From: the human T2T-CHM13v2.0 reference genome, Homo sapiens
NCBI RefSeq assembly: GCF_009914755.1
Contig: NC_060947.1
DNA: 64,000 bases
Strand: one strand, 5' to 3'
The notes beneath the pieces are model-generated. The model made no database searches. It was not told the DNA's origin and worked only from the letters and a program-made list of their open reading frames with translations. The position numbers were made by a program, and so were the translations under genes. Positions 1-20,477 of this stretch are shown piece by piece; within the stretch, counting starts at the first letter, position 1, and each line of letters opens with the position of its first letter.

Positions 1-1257
1 GGAGCAGGGTTTGATTGGGCAGCAGGGGAAATTATAGGCATTCATAGGAGTCACCAGGACTTTTTTCAGAGGGAGAACCAGAAGGCTGGAATTCAGGACC
101 AATGCCAAAGTGCAAATCGAGGATGAAAGCCAAGAATTAAACACAAATCCAGGGAAAAGCAGGTGTGAATGGGATAGCTCAGGCGAACTTCACCAGGCTC
201 TCTCTAGGATGTCAGCTGGCCTCTTTGGGCCGGTCATTTGTACACCATGGTGTCTTAAAAACATTTTGAAGTCTATCATACTAGCTAAAACCCTCCTGGT
301 CCATGACTTTTATCTCCCTGGAACCCCTTCACACTTGCATAAAATACTAAGGGATAAAGGATAGGAGTTCATCAGAGTATCCAGAACAACTTCCCCATGC
401 TCAGCTTCAAGTCAGGGCACTGTGACAAATGTCTCTCTCTCTGGACAAATAGTCATCCTTCTGGACACCAGAAAACAACTGAAGCCAAACATCCAAAGGT
501 AAGATACATTTCTGTGGAGGGGCCAGGTGGGACCACTAGAGTCCCAGAGGATGCTTCTACTCTGCTCTGAGGTTAGCATGGCCCTGGAGCAGGAATACTT
601 CTCAATGGCTAGAGTCTGGAGGCAATTTCTGCCATCACAGTAGACAATAGAAGGTGAGCGCAGGGCAAAGATGGGAGACAGAAGTGAGAAAGGCTAGATG
701 ATTGTTGTTAAACAACAGGGTGTCATTCACATTCCATTATTCATCTACGTTTCAGTTTGGCTTGGTCAGGCTCAGGGGTCTGCCTACTCTCCAGAAACCC
801 CAGCCATTGGCTTCCCTTTGGCAGGTTACTCTTAGGGAGGAAGCAGGTTGGTGGTGGCTAGTCTCGATTACCCCTGGAGGAGAGAACTCTGGAGGATCTC
901 CAGTGTTGTCAGGCTGGGCAGAGTGGAAGATGGCTGTGCTTCATGGGTAGAGAGGGATGAGGTGGGCTTAGATACTATTGATCTGAAATGCAGTAGGCTA
1001 TGGATGGTAGGAGGCAGAGGAGCTCAGTATAGACCCAACTGCAGAAGCACAGACCCCCAAGGCAAACAGCTGACCCTAAGGACCAATCTTAGGCTAGGGC
1101 AGTCATAACCCGGGACACGAAGGTCAGAGACAGAAAGGTGGAAACAGCAATAGTCAGAAAACAGAAGAACTGTCTCCAAAAGGAAGAGCCTGGGAAAACC
1201 CCTTACCCCATCCTCAGGAATGAAGTTTTTCTACCACTTGACTCTTTGGTTTCACAG

Positions 1258-1432
1258 GTGTGTGCCCTGTGAGTAGCTCAGCCTTGAAGTACTTGCTGAC
1301 CCAGAAAGGCTCAGGCAATGCCGTGGTTATTGTGGTGGGTGGAGCTGCTGAAGCTCTCTTGTGCCGACCAGGAGCCTCCACTCTCTTCCTCAAGCAGCGT
1401 AAAGGTTTTGTGAAGATGGCACTGCAAACAGG
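1258..1432 (+). CDS. DGAT2L6: DGAT2L6 internal coding exon (antepenultimate), 175 bp
   Basis: ttcacAG acceptor at 1256-1257 and GG|gtgggt donor at 1433; encodes (G)VCPVSSSALKYLLTQKGSGNAVVIVVGGAAEALLCRPGASTLFLKQRKGFVKMALQT(G), with the DGAT2-family GGxxE and RxGFV motifs. Earlier exons lie before the window. Confidence 0.93.
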
Positions 1433-1849
1433 GTGGGTTCCAAGGTTCTAGTGCTCTGTTGTCAGGGTGCCATAGGCCCTCTGTAGCCCTCTCCAGAATG
1501 GTGCCCTCCCTGGGCACCTGTTAGAGGGCCCCCATCTTCACTCTAATTCCTTCTGTCTACCCCCTCACATTGTGCCTTAGGGATGTTTGGGCCTCCAGAT
1601 ACATTTCAGTGGGCACTTTTCTTACTTGAAGTTGGAGAAAGAACAGCAGAAGAAAACCTTTTACTTTCTGCCCATTGGCCTGGTAGGCTGGAGGTCTGGG
1701 AAAGCGGGGCTTCACTCTATATCAACCTGTTAACTGAGAGGCCCTAAGAATCTACCAACTGCAAGGGAGGCACTAGCTTTGATACCGTGAGGATCAAAAA
1801 GATAAGACATGACCCCAAAGAGCATACAATCTGGTTTGAGAAATAGACC

Positions 1850-2725
1850 TTATTCATTCAGCAGTTACGGAACACCCACTGTATATCAGGCATAGTACTA
1901 GGCATTTAGGATATAAAAGTAAATAAGACCTGGTCCTTGCAAACTCACAGTCCAATATGGAAGAAGACAGACCCATGCACATATAATTACCAAATACCTG
2001 CAGAATCCAACCACTTACTACCTAGGCTACCACCCCTTGGTTTACTACCACCATCTCTCCCCTTGGTTGATTACAACACTTCTAACTGCTCTTCCTGTAT
2101 CTATTCCCACCTCCCCCACCCCAAGAGTCTATTCCCAGCTTCAGCCAGGATGATCCTGTTAAACATGAGTCAGATCATGTCACTTCTCAAAATAATCCAA
2201 TGGCTCCCATGTCACTCAGAGTAAAAGCCAAAGTCTTTATAGGGGCTTGCAAGACGCGGAATAATCTGGTCTATAGCTGCCTCTCTGTCCTCATCACTCA
2301 CTTCTCTTCCCACTCTCTCACTCCATCATAGCTATACCGGCCTCTTTGCGGTCCCTCAAGCAGGCCACCCGCTCCTGCTTTAGAGTCTTTGCTTTAGCGG
2401 TTCCCTTGGAACACTATTCCTCCAAATGACTGCTTGGCTCATTCCTTTATCTCCTTCAAGTCTTTGCTCAAATGTCTCTTCTCAATACAGTTATCTGACC
2501 ATCTTGCTCTATTTTTTGCCGGTTACACTTATCTTCTTATAGCTCATCCATTTTATTTATTTGTTTACCAACTATTTTCAATGTTTATTGTCTGTCTTCC
2601 TCCCAGAAAAAGTAAACTCCACGAACACAGAATTTTTAAAAATCCATTGTATTCACTGATGCATCTCCAGGGCCTAAAACAGTGCTGGCACATAGAAAGA
2701 GCTTAATATTTGTTAAATAAATGGA
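1850..2725. mobile_element. Old L2 LINE fragments in DGAT2L6 intron
   Basis: L2 3'-end hallmarks (cattcattcag..., cagtgctggcacatag...aatatttgtt...aatg; tcagatcatgtcact; aggtctttgctcaaatgtc-like); boundaries approximate. Confidence 0.6.
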
Positions 2726-3672
2726 ACACTACAATGGAAATGTGTACAAAGTGCCACGTGAGCACCAATTTATGGAAAGATCTTGACCCAGAATAGAGGT
2801 TTCATAGGTGGGTAACATCTGAACTGTGAATTGAAATATTGGTAGGAGTTGCCAGGCAGACCAAAAGGGAGAAAGAACTCAGGCATTCAGTGAGGACCTA
2901 TGGCATGTCAAGTGCTATGCCAGGGCCTAGGGATTCAAAGATGAATATGACCCAGTTCTTGCCTTTGATTGGCTTGCTGTCTACTGGGGGAGTCAGGCAA
3001 GTAAGGAGATGACTATAATACACGGTTGGGGCAGCGTTAGTGTAGAAGAGAGGTAAGCACTAGATGAGGGGTACCTAATCCGCGTTGGGGGAAATGAAGT
3101 GGTCAAACAAAGTTGCTTTAAGGGGATGAGATTGGGACTGAGTGCAAAATTGAATGAGCCACATAAAGACAGAGGGAAGAAGGAAGATACTTCCGACAGA
3201 GGGAGCAGAATGTACAAAGACACAGAGATGAGAGAGTATGAGGCACACTTAATATGGCTAAGCAGATTGCAAGGAAAGAGTGGGGAAAGGGAAAGCTAGC
3301 CAAGGAGGGAAGGCTAGAGCAAAAAGGCCGTAAGGAAGCAGCATGGTGCAAACTGAGGAGCTCTGGAAGAGTTTGAGAGGAGTGGCATGTCCAGATATGC
3401 AGTTTACGAAGAACACTCTGCATGCTGGATGCAATGAAGACAGAGCTTTTGAGATTAGTTTCTCCCTATAACAGGACAAGGCAGAGCAGCAGCTCCCTTC
3501 AGAGTTCAGTTGGGAGAGTGAGGCATGGCAGGAATGGGACATGAAGATGGAGATGTTTGGGTGCTTGGGTTCTTGTCCTATAATGGGGAGGTTGGAGAGG
3601 TTTCCCACCTTGGAGAGGATTTTTCCGGGGATCTTCCTCAGAGAGCTCACACTCCTGCCCCTCTCTTTGCAG

Positions 3673-3884
3673 GGCATACCTTGTCCCTTCATATTCCTTT
3701 GGTGAGAACGAAGTTTTCAATCAGGAGACCTTCCCTGAGGGCACGTGGTTAAGGTTGTTCCAAAAAACCTTCCAGGACACATTCAAAAAAATCCTGGGAC
3801 TAAATTTCTGTACCTTCCATGGCCGGGGCTTCACTCGCGGATCCTGGGGCTTCCTGCCTTTCAATCGGCCCATTACCACTGTTG
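3673..3884 (+). CDS. DGAT2L6: DGAT2L6 penultimate coding exon, 212 bp
   Basis: ctctctttgcAG acceptor and G|gtgagc donor; phase matches the previous exon; encodes AYLVPSYSFGENEVFNQ...FCTFHGRGFTRGSWGFLPFNRPITTV (DGAT2 VPxxxFGE and GxxPxxxPITTV motifs). Confidence 0.93.
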
Positions 3885-4319
3885 GTGAGCTTTCCCTTAT
3901 CTCCGGATGACCTGTTTCTTCATTCACTTCCCACCCACTTTAAATCATCCATCAAGTCCAGGGGGACCCAACTCACATCTGGGATGGGCAATGGGTGTGG
4001 TTAAGAGCAGGGTGGGTAGGACAACTAAACAGATAAGAGTTGTGGCCATTCATGGATGTGACATCAGCATCTGCTACAAGAGCATCACCATTCGCACACA
4101 TTCTGTCACCACTCTCCTGAGCTTGCTTGCATTCTCTTGAGCATGGGTTTGATTAGATGATCAGAGAACAGGGGCCAGGATGAGACTGGAGCAAAGGGAA
4201 AGAAAGAAAGAAGGGGAGGAAAGCCAGATACTGAGTTTCAGTACATGGCTCCCAGTGAGGGATGAGTAGTTTGAGTTGAGGGGGGAACTCTGATGTTTGT
4301 CTCTTTTCTTTTTTCATAG

Positions 4320-4474
4320 TTGGGGAACCCCTTCCAATTCCCAGGATTAAGAGGCCAAACCAGAAGACAGTAGACAAGTATCACGCACTCTACATCAGTG
4401 CCCTGCGCAAGCTCTTTGACCAACACAAAGTTGAATATGGCCTCCCTGAGACCCAAGAGCTGACAATTACATAA
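4320..4474 (+). CDS. DGAT2L6: DGAT2L6 last coding exon to TAA
   Basis: Polypyrimidine tract plus catAG acceptor; encodes (V)GEPLPIPRIKRPNQKTVDKYHALYISALRKLFDQHKVEYGLPETQELTIT*; stop at 4472-4474. Confidence 0.93.
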
Positions 4475-4608
4475 CAGGAGCCACATTCCCCATTGATCAA
4501 CCCCCAAAGCCATGAGGGATCCAAGTAGAGCCACAGAAAAAGAAGAATTCCAGGAGAGGGAAAGATCGTAAGGATGAGAGAGGAGACCATCCAAGCCAGA
4601 AATTATTT

Positions 4609-4614
4609 AATAAA
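4609..4614 (+). terminator. Candidate proximal polyadenylation signal of DGAT2L6
   Basis: First AATAAA after the stop codon. Confidence 0.55.
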
Positions 4615-5044
4615 TCAGAGTTCTAGCAATAGAGTCCTCTCCCAAGTGGCTGAGGCAGGCTTAGGGGAAAGAACCAGAGGGGCAGGGGAGGACTGGGGAG
4701 GGCTGGCTAGCCAGAGGAGTTGGCTGTATCACCCCTGGTTATTTTAGGGCAACAACCCAGTTGGGGAGTCTTATGAATCATTCCAGCCAACTCTCTGATC
4801 ACAAAGAATACTGTGCCCCTTTCTCCTAAACCTTAGTTCACCATCACTACGTAGGTTTAGACTTAGAAGCTTTATTTGGAACAGGGATAGTTTGTTTCCT
4901 CTTGGTCCTTTCCTTACAACTTGGGAACTGCCACAAGGTAAACCAGGGACCTGAACTGTAGCTGCCTGGTCCAAGCAGACAGGATTCCGTCAGTTGTGAT
5001 AGAGTTCTAGATTGGCAATGCAGTTACATTGTTTCTTCTTTGAA

Positions 5045-5050
5045 AATAAA
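5045..5050 (+). terminator. Candidate distal polyadenylation signal of DGAT2L6
   Basis: Second AATAAA, followed by T/GT-rich sequence. Confidence 0.55.
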
Positions 5051-5774
5051 GTTCTAGACATATAAAACAGGATACCACTATTTCCTGATTATTCTGTGGT
5101 TCGCTATTGGGCTTCCCTCAAACCTAAGATTTTCCCTTCTGGCCAGAAAGCTGCTCTATGGAGAGCCCTTTTCCTCTTCTTTATTTACCCTTCATACTTC
5201 CCCGGACAGAAAAGGTGGGGGAATGGAACCATAGCTGCTGCAAAGTGTAAGAGACAGGAGCAGAAACATGGGAACTGGCACAGGTACCCGCTGTGTAGCC
5301 CACCTCTCCTGATCCCACATAACCATCCTATGTCAGAAGGGAGGGAGCCACAAGACCATGCACCAACTGTAAGTTTGCTTGATGTCAAGTCCCTTCTATG
5401 TTCCAGGGACCATGACATTGCTTTCATAACCATTGTCTCTCAATACTAAACATAAGCCCAGTGAGATTGAGATTGTCATCACCTCCATTTCACAGTAGCT
5501 AAAGCTCCTAGAGGGTTAGTAGCTTGCCCAAAGCCACACAACTTTGGATAGAACTAGCATTCAAACCAGAGTTCTCTCCAATGCACCACTCTATGTCCCC
5601 ATTCCTCATTTTCTGGAGACCCACTTTTCAGCTTCATTTTCCTAAATGAGGCCCCATGGCACTCCACCAAAATTAGTTCATAAGTGTGGGCAAAAATGGC
5701 ATGGATTCTACTCACAGTGGTCCTATATTAGGCCTCAGGGAAAATAATTGATTAATTTAAAAAACCTTTCTATA

Positions 5775-7420
5775 TCAATAGAATGGAATTGAGAACACAG
5801 AGGGTCAATTGATTTTCACCTAGGGTGCCAAGACAATTCAATGTGGGAAAGAATAGTCTTCAACAAACAATACTGAAACAACTGGACATCCACATGCAGA
5901 AAAATAAAGTTGGACCTTACCTCATATCATATACAAAAATTAACTCAAATGGATCAAAGACCTAAAGTGAAAGTCAAAACTATTAAACTCATGGAAGAAA
6001 ACATAGGTGTAAAGCTTCATAATCTTGGATTAGGCAATGGCTTCTTATATATGACATCAAAAGCACAAACAACAAAATAAAAAATTGATAAGTTGGGCTC
6101 CATTATAATTAAACACTTTTGTGCTTCAAAGGACACCATTAAGAAAGTGAAAAGACAACCCACAGAATGGGAGAAAATACCTACAAATCATGTATCTCAT
6201 AAGAGTCTAGGAGCCAGAATAGATAAATAATTCTTATAACTCAACAACTGAAAGGCAATTCAATTTTAAAAATAAGCAAAAGATTTAAATAGACATTTCT
6301 CCAAAGAAGCTATACAAATGAAAAAGTAAGGGTCAGGTGCAATGGCTAACGCCTGTAATCCCAGCACTTTGGGAGGCCCAGGAGGGAGGATTGCTCGAGC
6401 CCAAGAATTCGAGACCAGCCTGGGCAACATAGTGAGACCCCATCTCTATAAAAAATTTAAAAATTAGCCAGGTGTGGTGGTGCATGCCTGTGTTCCCAGC
6501 TACCAGGAGACTGAGGTGGGAGGATTGCTAGAGCCCAGGAGTTCAAGGCTGCAGTGAGCTACAATCGTCACGTCACTGCACTCAAGCATGGGTGACAGGG
6601 TGAGACCCTGTCTCTAATAAAAAAGAAAAAGTGCTCAAAATCATTAATCATTAGGAAAATGCAAATCAAAACCACCATGATACCATTTTACACCCACTAG
6701 GATGACTATAATAAAACAAGATAGACAATAATAAGTATTAGTTAGGATATGGAGAAACGGAATTCTTGGGCATTGCTGATGGTAAAATGGTAGAGCCACT
6801 TTGGAAAACAGTTTGACAGTTCTCAAAGAGTTAAGTGTAGAGTTACCATATGACCCAGCAATTCTACTTTTAGTTATATAACCCCCAAATTTAAAACATG
6901 GTCACACAAAAACTTGTACATAGATGATCACAGCAGAATTACTCCTAATAGCAAAACAGTGCAAACAATCCAAAGGTCTAGCAACTGATGAATGGATAAA
7001 TGTATTGGGGTCTATCCATACAACGGAATACTATTTGGCAATAAAAAATGCAGTGATGATACATGCTACAAAACAGATGAACCTTGAAAACATTATGGTA
7101 AGTGAAAGAAGCCAGGTCATATATTGCATGATTCCATTTCTATGAAATTTCTATGAAATGTCCAGAATGAGCAAATATAGAGATAGAGAGAAAGAAAGAG
7201 AGAAGAGAAAGAGAAAATAAATTAGTTGTTACCAGGGATTGTGAAGGAAGAAAGGAAAGGAGAATGACATCTAATGGGTGGGGGTTTCTTTCGGGGGTGA
7301 TGAAAATGTTCTGGAATTAGATAATGGTGGCGGTTGCACAACCTTGCAAATATGCTAAAACCACTAAATTGGACACTTTAAAATGGTGAATTTTATGGTA
7401 TGTGAATTCTATCTCAGTGA
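5775..7420 (+). mobile_element. Old L1M (L1MB/MC-like) 3' portion interrupted by an Alu
   Basis: Degenerate ORF2 C-terminal and 3'UTR similarity (ORF 6924..7145 resembles the L1 ORF2 tail; atgacccagcaattc; ctaatggg...ggggtgatgaaaatgttctggaattag). Confidence 0.8.
6331..6630 (+). mobile_element. Alu (AluJ-like)
   Basis: Dimeric Alu with ggaggattgctcgagccc and ctgggcaacatagtgagacc J-type diagnostics; A tail. Confidence 0.9.
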
Positions 7421-7509
7421 AAGAGCAATGTTTAAGAAAACTTAGCCTTTTAGTTTAAGAGAAAAAAGTGTGAGCTATTTTAAAGTAAAAAAAATCACAA
7501 TAAAAAATT

Positions 7510-8145
7510 TTAAATGCTTTCTATTTTAAAATGATTGTAGATTTACAGGTAGTTGCAAAATTAGAGTCCCTTGAACCCTTTATCCAACTTTCCACAATGG
7601 TGACATCATATGTAACTGTAGTACAATATCAAAACAGGAAATTGACACTGGTACAATACTGCTAAAACTTATTCAGTTTTCACTGTTTTTACACTCACAT
7701 ATGTGTGTTTGTGTGTGTGTGCATGTGTGTCTACGCAATTTGATCCCATAAATAGATTCATGTAACTCCCATGACCATCATGATATAGAACTGTTTTATT
7801 AGCACAGAGGAACTTCCTCATATTACCCCTGTATAACCACACGCCCCCACCTTTGTCCCTATCCCTGGCAATCACTGATCTACTTTCCATCTCTACAGCT
7901 TTGTCATTTCAAGGATTATACAAATGGAATCACAGTATGTAATATTCTGAGATTGTCTTTTTTCACTAAGCATAATGCCCTTAAAGATCTAAGTTATAAT
8001 GTATCCATAGTTCATTCCTTTGTGTTGGCTTGGCAGTACTCTATGGTCTGCACATACCAGAGTTTGTTTAACCACTCACCCATTCAAAGACATCTGGATT
8101 GTTTCCAGTTGTTTGGCTATTACAAGTAAAGCTGCTGAAAACATC
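7510..8145 (-). mobile_element. Old L1MC-like 3'UTR fragment
   Basis: Antisense L1M 3' motifs (atccctggcaatcactgatct...aaatggaatcacagtatgta); ORF 7669..7890 is an L1M 3'UTR artefact. Confidence 0.7.
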
Positions 8146-8972
8146 TAAAACTTACACCCTTCCCAATATATAAGAAAAGAAATGTCAAATCAATAAAATA
8201 TCAAGAAGAGCTGTGATTTAAAATCAAAATACAATATTTTGAATTTTGATTCCATGAACACATAATAAGCCAGGCACAATTTTGGCAAAAATATTGTCTC
8301 TCTTATGAACATACAAAAGTAGGTGGAGTGAGATATCAAAGAAAGACATTTCATTCTGAGCAAAATGTATTTTCGGTGTAACAACTACAGTAAGAGAACT
8401 GGTTGCTGTAACCAGTCCCAGGATTGGGACAGAGGGTATCTGCAGGTTCCAGCACAAAAGCATTGAAGTTTCTGGCAAAGTTAACTGAAATCTTGAAAAT
8501 GAAAGGTACTAATTGCAAACAAGTGTCTAATACCAATGGAACAAGACTTTTTTTTTTTATAATCTAATGCTGTCACAACTCCACACTACTGAGAAATACA
8601 AATCAAGGTCTGACTATAAAGCAGAGATGGTTGAATTGTTAGATTCTCAAAAGAATTCAGCCATAAAATGTGATTGAAATAGGAGAGCAAGGGATCATTG
8701 TAACAGTTGCTATAGAAATTACCTTGTTCCAAATATTTACCATGTGTCATTACACACCTCATTGACATCAAAAACTTTCCAGAGGTGGCAGGATTATATA
8801 ATACACCTGTATTATAAAATACACCTGGAGGGTCCTGAGAGTAATAAAGAATCCCTGTGTTTACTTGAGGAATATTGAGCAGAAAAATATGACATCTTCA
8901 TTCCAAACTTGGAGGACTTGTATTTCTTTTTTTTTTTTTTTTTTTTACTTGAGATTTAAAACACAGACCATA

Positions 8973-9337
8973 TGATATGGTTTGGCTGTGTCTCCACCCA
9001 AATCTTTTCTTGAATTTTAGTTACCGTAACCCCCACGTGTTGTGGGAGAGACCCAGTGGGAGGTAATTTAATCATGGAGGCAATTACCCTCATGCTGTTC
9101 TCGTGATAGTGAGTGAGTTCTCACGAGATATAAGGGGCTTTTCCCCCTTTTTGCTAGGCAATTCTTTCTCCTGCCACCATGTGGAGAAGGATGTATTTGC
9201 TTCCCCTTCTGCCATACTTCTAAGTTTCCTGAGGCCTCCCAGCCATGCTGAACTGTAAGTCAATTAAACCTCTTTCCTTTATAAATTACCCAGTCTCACG
9301 TATGTCTTTATTAGCAGCATGAGAACGGACTAATACA
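8973..9337 (+). mobile_element. THE1D-like 5' LTR
   Basis: Begins TGATATGGTTTGGCTGTG and ends GAGAACGGACTAATACA, the THE1 LTR termini. Confidence 0.9.
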
Positions 9338-9765
9338 GCAAATTGGCACCACAGAGAGTGGGGTGCTGCTGTAAAGATACCCAAAAATGTGGAAGTGATT
9401 TTGGAACTGGGTAATAGGCAGAGGTTGGAACAGTTTGGAGGTCTTAGAAGAAGACAGGAAAAGGTGGGAAAGTTTGGAACTTCCTAGAGACATAGAGAGC
9501 TCAGAAGACAGGAAGATGTGGGGAGGTTTGGAACTTCCTAGACACTTATTGAATAGCTTTGACCAAAATGCTGAGTGATATGGACAATGAAGTCCAGGCT
9601 GAGGTGGTCTCAGATGGAGATGAGGAACTTGTTGGGAGCTGTAGTAAAGGTGATTCTTGCTATGCTTTAGCAAAGAGACTGGTGGCATTTTGCCTCTGCC
9701 CCAGAGATCTGAGGAACTTTGAACTTGAGAGAGATGATTTGGGGTATCTGGCAGAAGAAATTTCT

Positions 9766-15907
<6,142 letters not shown>

Positions 15908-17021
15908 GGCAGAAGAAATTTCTAAGTGGCAAAGTGTTCAAGAGGGAACAGAGCATAAAGGTTTGAAAAATTTGCAGGATGACAATGAGACTGAAAAGAA
16001 AAACCCATTTTCTGAGGAGATATTCAAGCCGGCTGCAGAAATTTGCATAAGTAACAGAGAGCCAAATATTAATCACCAAGACAATGGGAAAAATGTCTCC
16101 AGGGCATGTCAGAAACCTTAGCGGCAGCCCCTCCCATCATAGGCCTGGAGGCCTAGGAGGAAAAGGTGGTTTAGTGGGCTGGGCTCAGGGCCCCACTGCT
16201 GTGTGCAGTCTAAGAACTTGGTGCCTGGTGTCCCAGCTGCTCCAGTTATGGCTAAAAGGGGCCAAGGTACAGCTGAGGCTGTGCTTCAGAGGGTGCAAGC
16301 TCCAAGCTTTGGAAGCTTCCACGTGGTGTTGGGCCTGTGGGTACACAGAAGTCAAGAATCAAGGTTTGGGAACCTCCACCTAGATTGCAGAGGATGTACG
16401 AAAATGCCTGCATGTCCAGGCAGAAGTTTGCTGAAGGGACAGGGCCCTCATGGAGAACCTCAGCTAGGGCAGTGCAGAAGAGAAATGTGGGGTTGAAGCC
16501 CCAACACAGAATCCTCACTGGAGCATTGCCTAGTGGAGCTGTGAGAAGAGGGCCACCATCCTCCAGCCCACAGAATGGTAGATCCATCCACAGCTTGCAC
16601 CATGTACCTGGAAAATCCACAGACATTCAATGCCAGCCTGTGAAAGAAGCCAGGAGGAGAGCTGTACCTTGCAAAGCCACAGGCGCAGGGCTCTCCAAGA
16701 CCATGGGAGCCCACCTCCCAAGTCAGTGTGACCTGGATGTGAGACATGGAGTCAAAAGAGATCATTTTGGAACTTTAAGGTTTAATGACTGCCTAATAGG
16801 ATTTAGGACTTGCATGGAGTTGGTAGCCCCTTTGTTTTGTCCAATTTCTCCCATTTGGAACAGGTATATTCACCCAATGCCTGTACCCCATTGTATCTAG
16901 GAAGTAACTAACTTGCTTTTGATTTTACAGGCTCATAGGCAGAAGAGACTTGCCTTGTCTCAGATGGGACTTTGGACTTAGACTTTTGAGTTAATGCTGG
17001 AATTAGTTAAGACTTTGTAAC

Positions 17022-17315
17022 AGCCGGGTGCAGTGGCTCACCCCTGTAATCCCAGCACTTTGGGAGGCCAAGGCAGGTGGATCATCTGAGGTCAGGAGTT
17101 TGAGACCAGCCTGGCTAACATGCTGAAACCCCATGTCTACTAAAACCACAAAAATTAGCCAATTGTGGTAGCGGATGCCTGTAATCCCAGCTACTCAGGA
17201 GGCTGAGGCATGAGAATCACTTGAACTCGGGAGACAGAGGTTGCAGTGAGCCGAAATCACACCATTGCACTCCAGCCTGGGTGACAAGTGAGACTCTGTC
17301 TCAAAAAAAAAAAAA
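17022..17315 (+). mobile_element. AluS inside THE1 internal region
   Basis: Full dimer with A tail; aagactttg repeated on both sides. Confidence 0.92.
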
Positions 17316-17370
17316 GACTTTGGGGGACTGTTGGAAGGGCATGGTTGTGTTTTGAAATGTGAGGACATGA

Positions 17371-18101
<731 letters not shown>

Positions 18102-18899
18102 CTATATAATTCATTCTTTTAAAGTGTACAAATTCAGTAGTTTTTCATGTTCTTCACAATGGATGTCTATTTTAAGGCATCTGAGATAGTCCAGTCTCTG
18201 AGAAAAAATAATCCTCCAAGAGAAGCATTTCTTTTTTTTTAGGCTAGTCAATCCAAAAGAAGCATTTATGATGTAGCATTTCTATTGAGTGTTTGGTTTT
18301 ACATAGTTAACACGAGTTTTTAAAATAATATATTTGGATTTTCTTTTCATTTATTTTCATGATCAATTTTGGCATTTTTACAGTGTGAGATGAGTCTTTA
18401 GGAACAAAATTACAATGTATTATTATATTGTGCCAATAGGATTTGAGTTTACCTTATGATAGCCTAATGTCTGAACTTGGCCCAGGAACAACTAAGCTAT
18501 AAGTTATTTGCAAACAATATGGTTGTTTACTTTAAAAACTCAAGAGAAGAAGCTGAGAAATTGTTAGAATTCATAAGAGAGTTCAGCTAAATACAAGATA
18601 ATATACACAAAAATAAACTTTTCCTATATACCAATAACAACCAGACTAGAAAACACAATGGGAGAAAGAGCTACAAACATTAATGAGATACATAAAGGAA
18701 TGTGGGAATAAACAGAGATTTACCACGTTCCTGGATGAGACAATTCAATGTTGTGAAGCTATTATTTCCAAATTAAACTGAATGTTTAATGTACATAAAA
18801 TACTAACAGGGTTTTGTCTGAAATGTAAGAAATTTATTCTAAAATTCATCTGAAAGAATAAACAGTTGAAATAACATATATATATATACATGTCTGTGT

Positions 18900-18900
<1 letters not shown>

Positions 18901-18930
<30 letters not shown>
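18901..18930. repeat. (CA)n microsatellite in an old L1M fragment
   Basis: About 15 CA units. Confidence 0.9.
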
Positions 18931-18933
<3 letters not shown>

Positions 18934-20146
18934 TACAGGATAAAGGAAGCCTCACAAATAAACAAGGAAGAGGTGGATTGTTCAATAAATGGTGCTACAG
19001 GGGAAGTAAGCTATTATTTGGAGGAAAGAGTTAAAATGTCATGCCGTATACCTAAGTGTATTGTAATTAGATTAAAGAGTTTCATTTAAATCATCAAACC
19101 ATAAAAATAACAGAATAAACTGAAGGGACTCTCAGAAGATGGGCTCAGGATTTAGAGTCCCTCTGCTTGCAGTTCCTTTGTGGTCTATTCCCTTAAGAGA
19201 AAACAGTGGGGCCCTCCTCAGAGCCTACAAATGTTTTTCCTTGGCCCTGGTGCTTTCTAGGCAGAAGCAAGACTCCAACCCAATGGCACAACACTACCTC
19301 ATGTGCAGCAAAATCAGTGGTCAAGGTCCCTTAGCATTTGTTGAGCTGAAAAGAAATGAATGGGGCCTCTGCTCAGGCATCCCTCAGGTGCCTCAGGCCC
19401 AAGCTCACTTCTATTCTGTCGCTGCATAACAAGAAAGTACCAAGAGGGACAAGGGAGAGGTTGGATGTAATGTAGATAGGGGAACAATTCCTTGTTGAGG
19501 GAAGTAAACAGACCTTCAGACTCACTGCTGCTGCCAGGTCCACAACTGTCACAGGGAACTCACTCTTTTCAGGCCTCCACAACATAAACCACCACAGTCT
19601 CAAGGCACGATGTCTGAGGAAGAATTAAAAACATTGAGAGCCTACATGCTGGCTCCCAAGACCTGGTGGCGCTTTTTCTCAACAACCAGTTTTCCTGTTT
19701 TCCCCAGTAACTGGAAGAAAACAGAGCTTAGGGATGGCCTTGGACAGGGAACTGGTGAATCAGAAAACACAGCAGTCATGCTGATAGCTAGAGGAGGGCT
19801 CCACCCGCTTTACAAACCAACTGCCTGGAGGTGAGCCAGGTAACACAGCCCCAAAGCATCTGTGCAAACAAGTCCTCCCTGAAGACAAGCAGAGTCTGGG
19901 AGATGCCTCACTCTTTATCTCCGAGATCTGTCACACCATATGACATATACAGGTCATTATAGCACATGGTGTTTGTAGAGGATTAGCAGTTCAGCAAATG
20001 TGTCAACCTGACAAATCACTCAGTGCTTTCAAGTGATCACTACCCTGTTCTTTGGTTATTTTAACAAATGCTTATGGAGTTCCTACTATGTGGCAACCAC
20101 TGTTCTATTAGGTTGGTGCAACCTAATAGAACTACTTTTGCACTAA

Positions 20147-20477
<331 letters not shown>

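Noticed and set aside
16084-16900. ORFs of 97-187 aa
   Set aside because: Lie in THE1 internal sequence; degenerate MaLR internal ORF and its shadows.
19130-19990. Possible decayed DGAT2-family exon (ORF 19610 LRAYML vs REYLM)
   Set aside because: No HPHG, GGxxE or FGE motifs and no matching splice phases; TBLASTN with AWAT1/DGAT2L6 would settle it.
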